Made by a program: the position numbers and the translations under genes
Notes under the pieces: model-generated
Told to the model about the DNA's origin: nothing
Databases searched by the model: none
The model's input: only the letters and a program-made list of their open reading frames with translations
Origin: Prochlorococcus sp. AG-363-M17
Lineage (GTDB): Bacteria; Cyanobacteriota; Cyanobacteriia; PCC-6307; Cyanobiaceae
Assembly: GCA_003278365.1 (NCBI GenBank)
Contig: QCFS01000004.1
Location: 692-64,691 of the forward strand
DNA length: 64,000 bases
Direction: 5' to 3'
Part shown: piece after piece, positions 1 through 9,002 of the stretch
Layout of the letters: each line of letters opens with the position of its first letter
How positions within the stretch are numbered: position 1 is the first letter of the stretch

Positions 1-903
1 TAGAGCCAAGTTATATGCAGATGGTGCACCGGCGTAGGTGAAAAAGTCCAAAATGCTATCGGCTGGATAAACACTTGGCCAAACTGCCAACATGTCGTCC
101 TGACGAACTTTTGGACCAACGATGATTGTGAATTCTTCGTTATAAGGGAAGGAGTAATAAAGACGATCAACTTCGATTGAATCGGCTCCAGAAGCTGACT
201 CATAAGCAACTTCCAGTCCTGCTAGAGCAACATAGTCGCTTCCGCTAAAAGCGCTATCGTTTCCAAAGTTGCCAGCACGCAAACGAGATTTCAGCAAATC
301 TTCACCAGTGAAACTGGTATCAAGTGAAATCTTGTAGTCGTAGTTGAAAGAAACACCACCGGCATCATCACCAGCCATGGCGGCACGCTTCTTCTCATCA
401 CCTGCGCCGTGAGCATCTCCTCCATAGGAGTTACCACCAACAACAAATGTTGCTACTCCACTCATTTTGGTAGTAGTGGAGAACTGACCAGCCTCCATTT
501 CGCCAAGACGAGCTTCGAAGCCGTCAACCTTGCCCTTAAGCACGGCTAATTCTGGACCGAATTCTTCAACGAGACGCTCAACGTCATCGCTAACTTCAGT
601 TACACGCTCAAGGCATGCATTCAACATCGCAGCGGCTTCGTAACGAGTAATTGAGCCGTTGCCATTGAAAGTGCCACTGGGATAACCAGCTACACAGCCA
701 TAACGCTTACTCAAGTCAGACAGTGCTTTGTAAGCCCAGTCAGTTGGATAAACGTCAGAGAATTGAGAAGCGCTGGTGACCTGCTCGCCGGCAGCCGAAT
801 AATCGGATACACCGTCAATGTTCAGGTCAGCCGCCTGAGCTGCCATAGGGGCAATAAGCCCAAGCGCAGCAGGCGCTACCAGCAATTGCTGGAAAAGTTT
901 CAT
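1..903 (-). CDS. som: Som-type outer-membrane porin with SLH domain, 5' part; runs off the window start
   Basis: Absent from the ORF track because no stop lies in the window. Translated by hand from ATG at 903: signal peptide MKLFQQLLVAPAALGLIAPMAAQAA, SLH-like FSDVYPTDWAYKAL...YGCVAGYP...ITRYEAAAMLNACL, then QFSTTTK at the start of the barrel. The last codons at position 1 are still in frame. Confidence 0.93.
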   Translation of the reverse strand, partial: MKLFQQLLVAPAALGLIAPMAAQAADLNIDGVSDYSAAGEQVTSASQFSDVYPTDWAYKALSDLSKRYGCVAGYPSGTFNGNGSITRYEAAAMLNACLERVTEVSDDVERLVEEFGPELAVLKGKVDGFEARLGEMEAGQFSTTTKMSGVATFVVGGNSYGGDAHGAGDEKKRAAMAGDDAGGVSFNYDYKISLDTSFTGEDLLKSRLRAGNFGNDSAFSGSDYVALAGLEVAYESASGADSIEVDRLYYSFPYNEEFTIIVGPKVRQDDMLAVWPSVYPADSILDFFTYAGAPSAYNLAL

Positions 904-908
904 GAGGT

Positions 909-917
909 TCCTCACAC
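909..917 (-). promoter_or_regulatory. Yfr1 sRNA target-like site at the som ribosome-binding region
   Basis: The mRNA reads GUGUGAGGA 5 nt before the AUG, complementary to 9 nt of the conserved Yfr1 motif ACUCCUCACAC. Confidence 0.65.
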
Positions 918-1062
918 GGAAATTGGCGCAATGCACCATTCAAATTTTGCCCGAGAATGTGTCATAAGGCACATGGTTGTGTGCCAGAAAGGACAATGGT
1001 CAAGCAAACAGTCTGGGACTGCGAGTTAGCGGCCTAATTAATAGATTCTTAAAAAGAAAATT

Positions 1063-1076
1063 GTATGGAAAACTAC
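1063..1076. promoter_or_regulatory. Putative NtcA binding site
   Basis: GTA-TGGAAAAC-TAC is an exact GTA-N8-TAC match, with an A/T-rich flank, in the som/glycosyltransferase divergent region. Confidence 0.5.
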
Positions 1077-1266
1077 GGAACACTGTTTTGATTAAAAATT
1101 TATAGCTCAATGAAAAGTAATTTCTCCGCTAGCTTAGCTAATTAGATGTACATATAGATAAAATTTAGCTGCCTTTAAGGCAGCCTTCACGAATCAGTTT
1201 CACCTAAGGACCTCAAAATACTGCAACTAGCAGATTGATAAGTTCAAAACCAAACCAACAGCAAAT

Positions 1267-2904
1267 ATGAATGATTCAACCTATCTAACTGATCCCACTA
1301 AAGGGCCTCCCTTAAAGCAATTGCTATTGCTCTGGGGCTTAGCATTAATCATTGCATTTATAGGTCTTGGAGAACTTTCCCTGAGGGATTTCGATGAAGG
1401 TATTGTGGCGAGAGTTTCTTATGAACTCACTCAAAAGAAAGGATTAGAGATACTTCTACCAACTTTATGGGATGCTCCATATCTCAATAAGCCTCCGGGA
1501 CTGCATTGGTTAATAGCGGGAACCATTGCACTCACCAAACAAGGTGCAACTCCCTTGTCTGAACCTCCAACAGAATTTGTAGTGCGATTAGTACCAGCAT
1601 TTCTTTCCACACTTGTAGTTCCATTTGGTGGATTATTGCAGTGGGAAATTAGAAAAGGAGATCGGGTTTCTTGTCTAACAACATCAGCCATCCTTCTGAC
1701 GCTTTTACCAATAGCAAGACACGGACGATTAGCAATGCTAGATGGTCCTTGTCTTAGTGCTATTGCATTGCTGTGGTTATTGATTGCCTCTAACAAACAA
1801 ACACCTGGAGATCGTTTTCGCTTACTTGGATTAGGGCTAACAGGAAGTTGCATGCTCATGCTAAAAGCACCCCTCATTATTCCTGCATCAATAGCAGCAG
1901 TTGTTCCAAGTGTTTGGAGCAGAGAATTAAGAGCTTGGTGGAACTGGAAATTTTCAATTTGGCTAGGATTAGGACTACTTCCAGGATTTGCATGGCATAT
2001 CTGGCATGGGCTCCAAAGAGGAACTCAAGCCTTTTGGCTTTGGGGAGGAGATGGTGCCGGGAGAGTTTTATTTGACCTAGGAGAAGGTAGTGATATGGGA
2101 TGGAAAGTACCTGTAATCGAAATTCTTGAAGGAGGCTGGCCTTGGTTGGTCTTATGGCCCATTGGAATTATTTGGGCCTGGAAAGAAAGAAACAACCGCT
2201 GGGGGAAATGGGCACTGGGTACACAAATTATTTTAGTTTTAACGATATTGCCTCTTAAAACGCAACTCCCCTGGTATAGCCATCCTCTTTGGCTCCCTTT
2301 CTCAATCATATGCAGTCCACCTTTAGCCTGGCTGATAACAAGAGAGAATCCAAAAGGAAAGCTTGGTAAAAAACTTTTAAATCAGATACCATTCTTCTGG
2401 ATTGGTCTAGGTGGAGTTCTTGTCTGCTTATCGTTTTTGGGTATTTCTGGAGTAGCACAAGTGATTAGCCCTTTTAGCAAGATTGCATTTGTAGCAGGAA
2501 CTGGATGGGCTTTAGGAGGGTACCTATTAACAAATCCTGAGCAAGAAAAACGTCAGGCTGGTGCTTATTCTTTAATAGCAGGAAGCCTTTGCGCTCTAGC
2601 ACTATTAATGGGATCGTCGTTATGGCTTTGGGAACTAAATGAAAACTGGCCTGTCAAACCTCTAGCAGAGCTAGCCTCAAAAACTGACAACGCTTTAGTT
2701 TTCTTAGAAGGTAATGAAGAACGTCCTAGCTTGAATTGGTATGCAGGTAAACAAATCAAGCGCCTTGGAAATATAGAAAATGCTAAATGGGTACTCACTT
2801 CAAATCCAAAGCGAGTTGAACAAATGCTTCCTTCTATCAAATGTAATTCTATAGAAACCCATGAAAAATGGGCTCTTCTTTTTTGTAATGCAAAAACCCA
2901 GTAA
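1267..2904 (+). CDS. ArnT/PMT-like (GT-C fold) membrane glycosyltransferase
   Basis: 545 aa with many TM segments; RDFDEG in the first outer loop, YLNKPPGLHW and RLAMLDG motifs typical of ArnT-like enzymes. Confidence 0.85.
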   Translation: MNDSTYLTDPTKGPPLKQLLLLWGLALIIAFIGLGELSLRDFDEGIVARVSYELTQKKGLEILLPTLWDAPYLNKPPGLHWLIAGTIALTKQGATPLSEPPTEFVVRLVPAFLSTLVVPFGGLLQWEIRKGDRVSCLTTSAILLTLLPIARHGRLAMLDGPCLSAIALLWLLIASNKQTPGDRFRLLGLGLTGSCMLMLKAPLIIPASIAAVVPSVWSRELRAWWNWKFSIWLGLGLLPGFAWHIWHGLQRGTQAFWLWGGDGAGRVLFDLGEGSDMGWKVPVIEILEGGWPWLVLWPIGIIWAWKERNNRWGKWALGTQIILVLTILPLKTQLPWYSHPLWLPFSIICSPPLAWLITRENPKGKLGKKLLNQIPFFWIGLGGVLVCLSFLGISGVAQVISPFSKIAFVAGTGWALGGYLLTNPEQEKRQAGAYSLIAGSLCALALLMGSSLWLWELNENWPVKPLAELASKTDNALVFLEGNEERPSLNWYAGKQIKRLGNIENAKWVLTSNPKRVEQMLPSIKCNSIETHEKWALLFCNAKTQ

Positions 2905-2942
2905 CTTGATTCATGATTAATCCATCAATCTACTTGTAAATC

Positions 2943-4055
2943 ATGCATATCCCACCGATCAATCAACGACTTTCGGTGGTTTTGCCCACATACAACGAAA
3001 GAGAAAATATTGTCCCATTGCTTAAGAATCTGATCTCACTATTGGATTCCTATGAGATGGAGATAATTGTGGTTGATGATGACTCAAAAGACAGAACAGC
3101 AGAAGTAGTAAAAAATATGTCACAGGAGGACTCTCGTATACGTCTCATTCGACGAATAGGTAGGTCGGGTTTGGCTAGTGCAATAAAAGAAGGGTTATTG
3201 GCAGCTACTGGTGACCTGGCAGCTGTAATGGATAGCGATGGACAACATGAACCAATTGCCCTAATCCAAGCGTTAGAAAAGCTCGAATCAGAGCAATTGG
3301 ATATAGTTGCTGGCAGTCGATTTCTTCGGGGTGCAGAAATATATGGCTTAAGTAATACTAGGACAGGTGGATCTTCATTGGCCAATAGTTTTGCTCGACT
3401 AAGCCTGCCTAAAAATTACAACCATCTAACTGATTATATGAGTGGTTGCTTCGTAATTAATCTGAAGTCATGTCTTTCGAGTATTTATAAAGTTGATGTT
3501 AATGGATTCAAATTTCTGTACGAGCTTTTTTCAATAAGTCATGGATCTCTAAGAATTGGAGAAATTCCTCTAAACTTTCAACCAAGATCATATGGTCAAT
3601 CAAAGCTAGATCTAGCAATTTTATGGGATTTTCTTATATCTCTTTTACATACACTCAGCCTAAGGATTATACCTAGAAGAGCAATTAGCTTTGGGATAGT
3701 AGGGACTGGAGGGGTCTTCGTTCAACTTATTTCTACAGAGATATTAATGAATATCTTTCAACAGACCTTTCAACAAGCTATACCAGTATCAGTTATTATT
3801 GCAGCAACATCTAATTATTTAGTAAACAATGCCCTTACTTTTAGAGCCCATAGGTTAAGTGGAAGTAACTTATTAAAAGGTCTTCTGAAGTTTCTTTTGG
3901 TTGCCTCTTTACCAGTTCTCGCAAATGTTGGACTTGCAACCACCTTTTACAACGTAGTATCAGCAAATCCATTTGTGGCTCAAATGTCTGGAATTATTGT
4001 TGTATTTGTCTGGAATTATGCCGCATCTTCACGCTTTGTTTGGAACACTCCATAG
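2943..4055 (+). CDS. GT2 polyprenyl-phosphate glycosyltransferase (DPM1/GtrB-like) fused to a C-terminal GtrA-like flippase domain
   Basis: VVLPTYNERENI, VVDDDSKD and MDSDGQH motifs; the last ~125 aa form four hydrophobic helices with GtrA-like FGIVG...NYLVNNALTF...WNYAASSRFVW. Confidence 0.88.
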   Translation: MHIPPINQRLSVVLPTYNERENIVPLLKNLISLLDSYEMEIIVVDDDSKDRTAEVVKNMSQEDSRIRLIRRIGRSGLASAIKEGLLAATGDLAAVMDSDGQHEPIALIQALEKLESEQLDIVAGSRFLRGAEIYGLSNTRTGGSSLANSFARLSLPKNYNHLTDYMSGCFVINLKSCLSSIYKVDVNGFKFLYELFSISHGSLRIGEIPLNFQPRSYGQSKLDLAILWDFLISLLHTLSLRIIPRRAISFGIVGTGGVFVQLISTEILMNIFQQTFQQAIPVSVIIAATSNYLVNNALTFRAHRLSGSNLLKGLLKFLLVASLPVLANVGLATTFYNVVSANPFVAQMSGIIVVFVWNYAASSRFVWNTP

Positions 4056-4076
4056 TTTATTCAAGTAACTAAAAGC

Positions 4077-5609
4077 ATGCTATTTAATCTAATTTCCAAG
4101 AAAGAATGGTTGGTGATAGTTACAGGTTTTATCCTGCGAATAATCAATTTGAACTTACCAATTGTTGGAGTACATAGCTGGAGGCAAGCTGATACATCAG
4201 CAATGGCACGACATTTTTATCAAAACAATACTCCCATTTGGCTTCCTCAAATTGACTGGAGTGGAGCTTCAAATGGTTTTGTAGAAAGCGAGTTTCCACT
4301 CTTTCCTTATCTAGTGGGTCAAGTATATAAAATTGTAGGAATTAACGAATGGATTGGACGAGGCTTCGCGGCCATATTTAGCACCATAACTATTTACTTC
4401 ATAATCAAAATTGGCGAGTACTTCCTAAGCAAAGAAAGTGCTTTTTGGGGTGGATTATTTTTTGCAATCTGTCCTATTAGTGTTTACTACGGTAGGACAT
4501 TTCAAGCAGAATCATTGTTAATGCTTCTGGCAAGCATTAGTATTCTTATGATGATTTACTTTAAGAGTGAGAAAGGAAATTGGTCGATAGTAATTAGCTG
4601 GCTTACTTTTACGCTATGCTGCATGATAAAGTTTCTCCCATTAGCATGGCTAGGCATAACTTTGCTAGCAATATATATAGGACCAACTGATTTTAAAAAA
4701 AATATAACCGATGCTTCTATAAGGAAGAATTTTCTAAATCATAAAAATCATATATTTTTATTTCTACTCTTTACACTAATCTTTACTGGTGGATGGTTCT
4801 TCCATGCATTTCATCTAGGGAAAGCTAGTGGCATTAGCTTTGGATTCTGGGGAGCAAGTTCAGACAGAAGTAGTTTACGTCTATTATTTGATATGAATCT
4901 TTGGCTAAATCTTCTGTTGAGAATAGTCCTTAAAAACCTAGCAATTATTGGTCTACCTTTACTCATTATTGGAATACATAGATCAATTAATACATATGGG
5001 AGTAGAGTTCTCTTGGTTGGTTTATTCGGGATCTTTATATGCACTGTCTTTGCTTTAAGAGCCAGTACAACTCATGAATACTATCAACTCCCTTTGCAAT
5101 TATTTTTCTGTCCTCTTGTTGGACATGGCCTTGTGGCATTTAATAGTATGAATAATCTTAGTTTGAATTCAAATATTCTGCTCACAAGTACAGTTTCTCT
5201 TTGTCTAGCTATTAGCCTAGTTGTTCTTTCTATAGATTATTGGGCTATCGAACAACGACAAGCAGTAATCTGGATGCCACTAGCAAGGAGAATCAGGAAA
5301 GAGATCCCTAAACACACTAAAATAGTGAGCGTCACAGGTGGAGATCCGACATTATTGAATCTCGCTAGAAGGCAGGGTTGGTTAACCCATCTTGGTGGAA
5401 TCAATAATAGTCAACTTCAGGAATGGTCCGATCAAGGTGCTACTCATATAGCAGGAAGCTTGAACTGGAGAGAGACTCATATAGCTATTTATAATGATGA
5501 TTACAAGAGAGATATGAAGGATTTTTTATGCAGAAATATTCCTGAAGAATCATGCATCATCAGCTCAAATAATACATATCTATTGCCAATAAAATCAATT
5601 ATCCAATGA
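4077..5609 (+). CDS. ArnT/PMT-like membrane glycosyltransferase (WRQADT type)
   Basis: 510 aa polytopic protein; HSWRQADT and ESEFPLFPY in the first loop, YGRTFQAES mid-protein, soluble C-terminal domain. Confidence 0.75.
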   Translation: MLFNLISKKEWLVIVTGFILRIINLNLPIVGVHSWRQADTSAMARHFYQNNTPIWLPQIDWSGASNGFVESEFPLFPYLVGQVYKIVGINEWIGRGFAAIFSTITIYFIIKIGEYFLSKESAFWGGLFFAICPISVYYGRTFQAESLLMLLASISILMMIYFKSEKGNWSIVISWLTFTLCCMIKFLPLAWLGITLLAIYIGPTDFKKNITDASIRKNFLNHKNHIFLFLLFTLIFTGGWFFHAFHLGKASGISFGFWGASSDRSSLRLLFDMNLWLNLLLRIVLKNLAIIGLPLLIIGIHRSINTYGSRVLLVGLFGIFICTVFALRASTTHEYYQLPLQLFFCPLVGHGLVAFNSMNNLSLNSNILLTSTVSLCLAISLVVLSIDYWAIEQRQAVIWMPLARRIRKEIPKHTKIVSVTGGDPTLLNLARRQGWLTHLGGINNSQLQEWSDQGATHIAGSLNWRETHIAIYNDDYKRDMKDFLCRNIPEESCIISSNNTYLLPIKSIIQ

Positions 5610-7264
5610 GCCTAGAACTACTACCAAAAACAAATAGAAGCGCCCGAAGTATAGTTATCAAATGGATTATATCATTCTTCTTTATAGTATTGATACTACA
5701 ATTTTGGAAGATATTTTCTCTAAATTCCAGTTATGATCAAGGATTATTTTTACAAGAAATTTGGAACACTTGGCAGGGAAGAGCCTATGAAAGTACATTG
5801 GCCTCAGAGTTGTCAGCGCCGGTTAAATTCTATGGCGAAGTACCAGTACTAGGTTATAGGCATCTGGCTCAACATTTTACTCCTTTATTAATTATATGGA
5901 CTCCTCTAGTAGGAATTTTAGGTGTTTGGGCACTCCCAATCATTCAGGTTTCAGTTCTAGCAATAGCAGGATGGATTCTTTTCCTTTTAGGGAAAGAACA
6001 CCTCCCAAGTCAACTTGCTGGCTGGATCGCATGTAGTTTTTTTACTACTGGCACTGTAATAGGTCCATCACTAGAGAACTTTCACGACTTATGTGTTATT
6101 CCCCTATTGGTTTTTAGTCTACTTTTAGGCATAAGTAAGAATCAAAAATATCTTTTTTTAATTCCTGCTACTCTGCTTCCACTTGTAAGGGAGGATGTCG
6201 GCATTCTTAGCTTTGGGATAGGTCTTTGGATGGTAATAAGGAGACCTTCATGGAAACTATTAGGGATAGGTCTTTGCCTCTATTCATTATTATCAGTTCT
6301 ACTTATAACCAATTGGATTATGCCCATATTTGGAAGCGAGCTTAAAGAAAGATTCTTGCAAGAAAGGTTTGCTCAATACCTCAACAATGAATCAGGAGGT
6401 ACAATTGACGTTCTAATTGCAATGGCTAGACAACCTTTACTGCTAATAAAGGAACTTATATATCCTCCAGCAAGCACACTAAGATTATTTGTAACTCTCG
6501 GACTCCCATTAGTATTCATCCCAATTATTTCATTAGACAGCTGGTTATTAATAGCACTGCCATTGTTTATTGCACTCAGCTCACAGGGTGGCAATGCTTT
6601 AAGTGTTCATCTCCGTTTTATGCTTTACCTGGTACCTGGTGTTTTTGCAGGTTCAATCTTTTGGTGGAGTAAAAGAACCCATTTATTCAACAAGTATAAA
6701 TTCCAAAATATCTGGAAAATCTGCATCAGTATAGCTTTATTTTTTTCAATTATAGGGAATCCACATCGTTCACTATCTGCAGTAATACCAGACAGCATCC
6801 AACCTTGGGTTCACATACCTGTATATAGACAATTCCAAAGAGGTAAAGAAGCAAAAAAAATATTTTCCTTAATTCCTGATGAAGCATCAGTTGCAGCAGA
6901 AACTCACTTAATTCCTCAATTAGCTGAAAGAGAGATTCTTATTAGATTTCCAGAAAGTTATACATTTAAAGATCGCAATGGAAGTCTGCAAAAACCTGAT
7001 TATATTATTAGTCAGCCTTCTTACAACAAAGATTATGGTAAAGCTTTTAGGCACCATGCACGTTGGGTAATAAGAAGCGGGGACCGAATGAAGTCGCTTA
7101 TAGAAAACAATCAATATGGTGTATTTATCTGTGATAAAAAAACAATCGTCCTTAAAAAGGGATTGGCAGACACTAAAGAAAAACAACAGTGCTTAACCAG
7201 AGAAATTAACAGAAATCAAAGAGAGATATTTAATTATTATGGAGATAACTTTGCTAGAGAATAA
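5606..7264 (+). CDS. DUF2079-like membrane protein, putative GT-C glycosyltransferase (paralogue 1)
   Basis: YDQGLFLQEIWN, QHFTP, ENFHD and REDVG motifs; ATGA overlap with the upstream gene. Confidence 0.75.
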   Translation: MSLELLPKTNRSARSIVIKWIISFFFIVLILQFWKIFSLNSSYDQGLFLQEIWNTWQGRAYESTLASELSAPVKFYGEVPVLGYRHLAQHFTPLLIIWTPLVGILGVWALPIIQVSVLAIAGWILFLLGKEHLPSQLAGWIACSFFTTGTVIGPSLENFHDLCVIPLLVFSLLLGISKNQKYLFLIPATLLPLVREDVGILSFGIGLWMVIRRPSWKLLGIGLCLYSLLSVLLITNWIMPIFGSELKERFLQERFAQYLNNESGGTIDVLIAMARQPLLLIKELIYPPASTLRLFVTLGLPLVFIPIISLDSWLLIALPLFIALSSQGGNALSVHLRFMLYLVPGVFAGSIFWWSKRTHLFNKYKFQNIWKICISIALFFSIIGNPHRSLSAVIPDSIQPWVHIPVYRQFQRGKEAKKIFSLIPDEASVAAETHLIPQLAEREILIRFPESYTFKDRNGSLQKPDYIISQPSYNKDYGKAFRHHARWVIRSGDRMKSLIENNQYGVFICDKKTIVLKKGLADTKEKQQCLTREINRNQREIFNYYGDNFARE

Positions 7265-7451
7265 TCGTAGATTGCAATCGAACTATAATTAAAGATCAGA
7301 TATTCAAAAGGCTGAGATCAAATCCTATGAAGCATAGCTATACTTTAACACCCAATAAGATATTAGGGGGAATAATAAAATAAGGCTATAGTAAAGCTAC
7401 ATTAACCTAGAGAATTTATTTAGATATAATTAAGCTAATATAGCTTCTAAT

Positions 7452-8912
7452 ATGATTCCTAACTCTCGAGAGATAAAATCTAATGATTTCATTAATGATA
7501 CTAAATCTTTGAAGATCGTGGAAAATAGTTCTTACCGAAAGATAACCCTTAAATACGTTTGCGTAGCAATCTTTTTTTGTTTTTGGGGTTTATCGGCAAC
7601 ACGCCACTTTCTTTTGCAAAGCAATGCTTATGATCTAGGACTTTTTGATCAATGGGTTTGGTTAACTAGCCAAGGATTACCTCCGTTCTCATCCATGGAG
7701 GGAGTTCATATTTTGGCGGATCATGGGGCTTTCTCTCTTTATTTAGCGGCTGTCTTCTATAAAGTTCATCCCACTATTCACTGGCTGCTTGCAAGCCAAG
7801 CTGCTGCATTAAGTGTGACAGCAATTCCTATCTGGTGGACTAGTAAGCAAGCAAAATTATCCAACAAGTTATGTTGGCTGGCTTGTGGACTCTGGTGGCT
7901 TCAACCTGTAGTTTTCAATGTGAATCTTTTTGATTTTCACCCTGAAGTATGGGTTATGCCTGCGCTTGCTACAAGTTTCTGGGCAAGTAGAAAAAACAAA
8001 TTCTGGATTTGGATCTTATCAATAGTCCTCTTATTAAGTTGCCGCGATGGTTTGGTTCTTGTAGTAATAGGCCTAGGCCTGGAACAAGCACTTAGAAGGA
8101 ATTGGACTTGGGCTATCGGAGCTACAGGGATAGGTCTAGGGTGGTTTGCCATGCTAAATCAATGGTTATATCCAACTCTGAATCATGAGAGCTCAGGGCC
8201 AAAAGCTATAAAGACATTATTCTCTTATTTGGGAAATGATGTCAATGAAATAGCACTTAATATCCTAACTAATCCTAAACTGATCATAAATAATATTGAC
8301 TGGAAGGATGGTTTATTTTATTTAATCCTAATCACGGTGCCAGTTGCTCCTTTTCTACGCAAAAATTCTCTAAAAGTTCTCTTCTCAGCTTTACCACTTG
8401 TGGTGATTAATATATTATCTTCAGAGGCACCGCAAAGGACATTAATACATCATTATAGTCTTCCAATTGCTGTGATTGCTGTGATAGCAACTATTGATGG
8501 TCTTGCGATTCAACCCAAGCAAAAAGTACCTTGGAAACTTCTTATTTGGAGTTCTATTTGTTGGGCATGCCTTGCTAAGCCTTGGTTTTTTGGGGGTCAC
8601 TATTTAACACGAGTAGATAGCATATGGCCAACCAATCAAGCCTTTGAGAAAATCAATGCGCAAAGTAAAGTCTTAACAACTAGTTATCTAGTCCCCCACC
8701 TCAGCCAAAGAGAAAAAATATCATTCCCCAAAGAGAATCTGGATAGTAATTATATAAATGGTTTTGACATCTTACTCCTGAATCCTAAAGATCCTGGCTG
8801 GGGGTCAAGTTCCGAGATTCAATTAAATTTATTAAAAGAAGCTAAACAAGAAAGCTGGTACTGCAGCCAATGGTCTAACGGTCTAGAACTTTGTCAAAGC
8901 CCTATCAATTAA
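7452..8912 (+). CDS. DUF2079-like membrane protein, putative GT-C glycosyltransferase (paralogue 2)
   Basis: YDLGLFDQWVW, LADH, FDFHPE, HYSLP and VPHLSQR motifs; polytopic. Confidence 0.78.
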   Translation: MIPNSREIKSNDFINDTKSLKIVENSSYRKITLKYVCVAIFFCFWGLSATRHFLLQSNAYDLGLFDQWVWLTSQGLPPFSSMEGVHILADHGAFSLYLAAVFYKVHPTIHWLLASQAAALSVTAIPIWWTSKQAKLSNKLCWLACGLWWLQPVVFNVNLFDFHPEVWVMPALATSFWASRKNKFWIWILSIVLLLSCRDGLVLVVIGLGLEQALRRNWTWAIGATGIGLGWFAMLNQWLYPTLNHESSGPKAIKTLFSYLGNDVNEIALNILTNPKLIINNIDWKDGLFYLILITVPVAPFLRKNSLKVLFSALPLVVINILSSEAPQRTLIHHYSLPIAVIAVIATIDGLAIQPKQKVPWKLLIWSSICWACLAKPWFFGGHYLTRVDSIWPTNQAFEKINAQSKVLTTSYLVPHLSQREKISFPKENLDSNYINGFDILLLNPKDPGWGSSSEIQLNLLKEAKQESWYCSQWSNGLELCQSPIN

Positions 8913-9002
8913 AATGCTCAGAAAATATAACCAAGAAATTACTACTTCAGATGATATCTGATCGAAATAATTTCGATGGAAAGTTTATTAGATTAGTGAG
9001 GC

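Noticed and set aside
763-1029. 88-aa + strand ORF
   Set aside because: Antisense to the porin start and leader, with no recognisable motif.
1431-1877. 148-aa - strand ORF, and the many other short antisense or alternative-frame ORFs inside larger genes
   Set aside because: Contained within well-supported genes and lacking protein-family features; treated as shadow ORFs.
6853-6860. A8 tract (and similar A7/T7 runs) in the transferase genes as phase-variation sites
   Set aside because: Short A/T runs are expected at this base composition, also occur in core genes, and all frames are intact.
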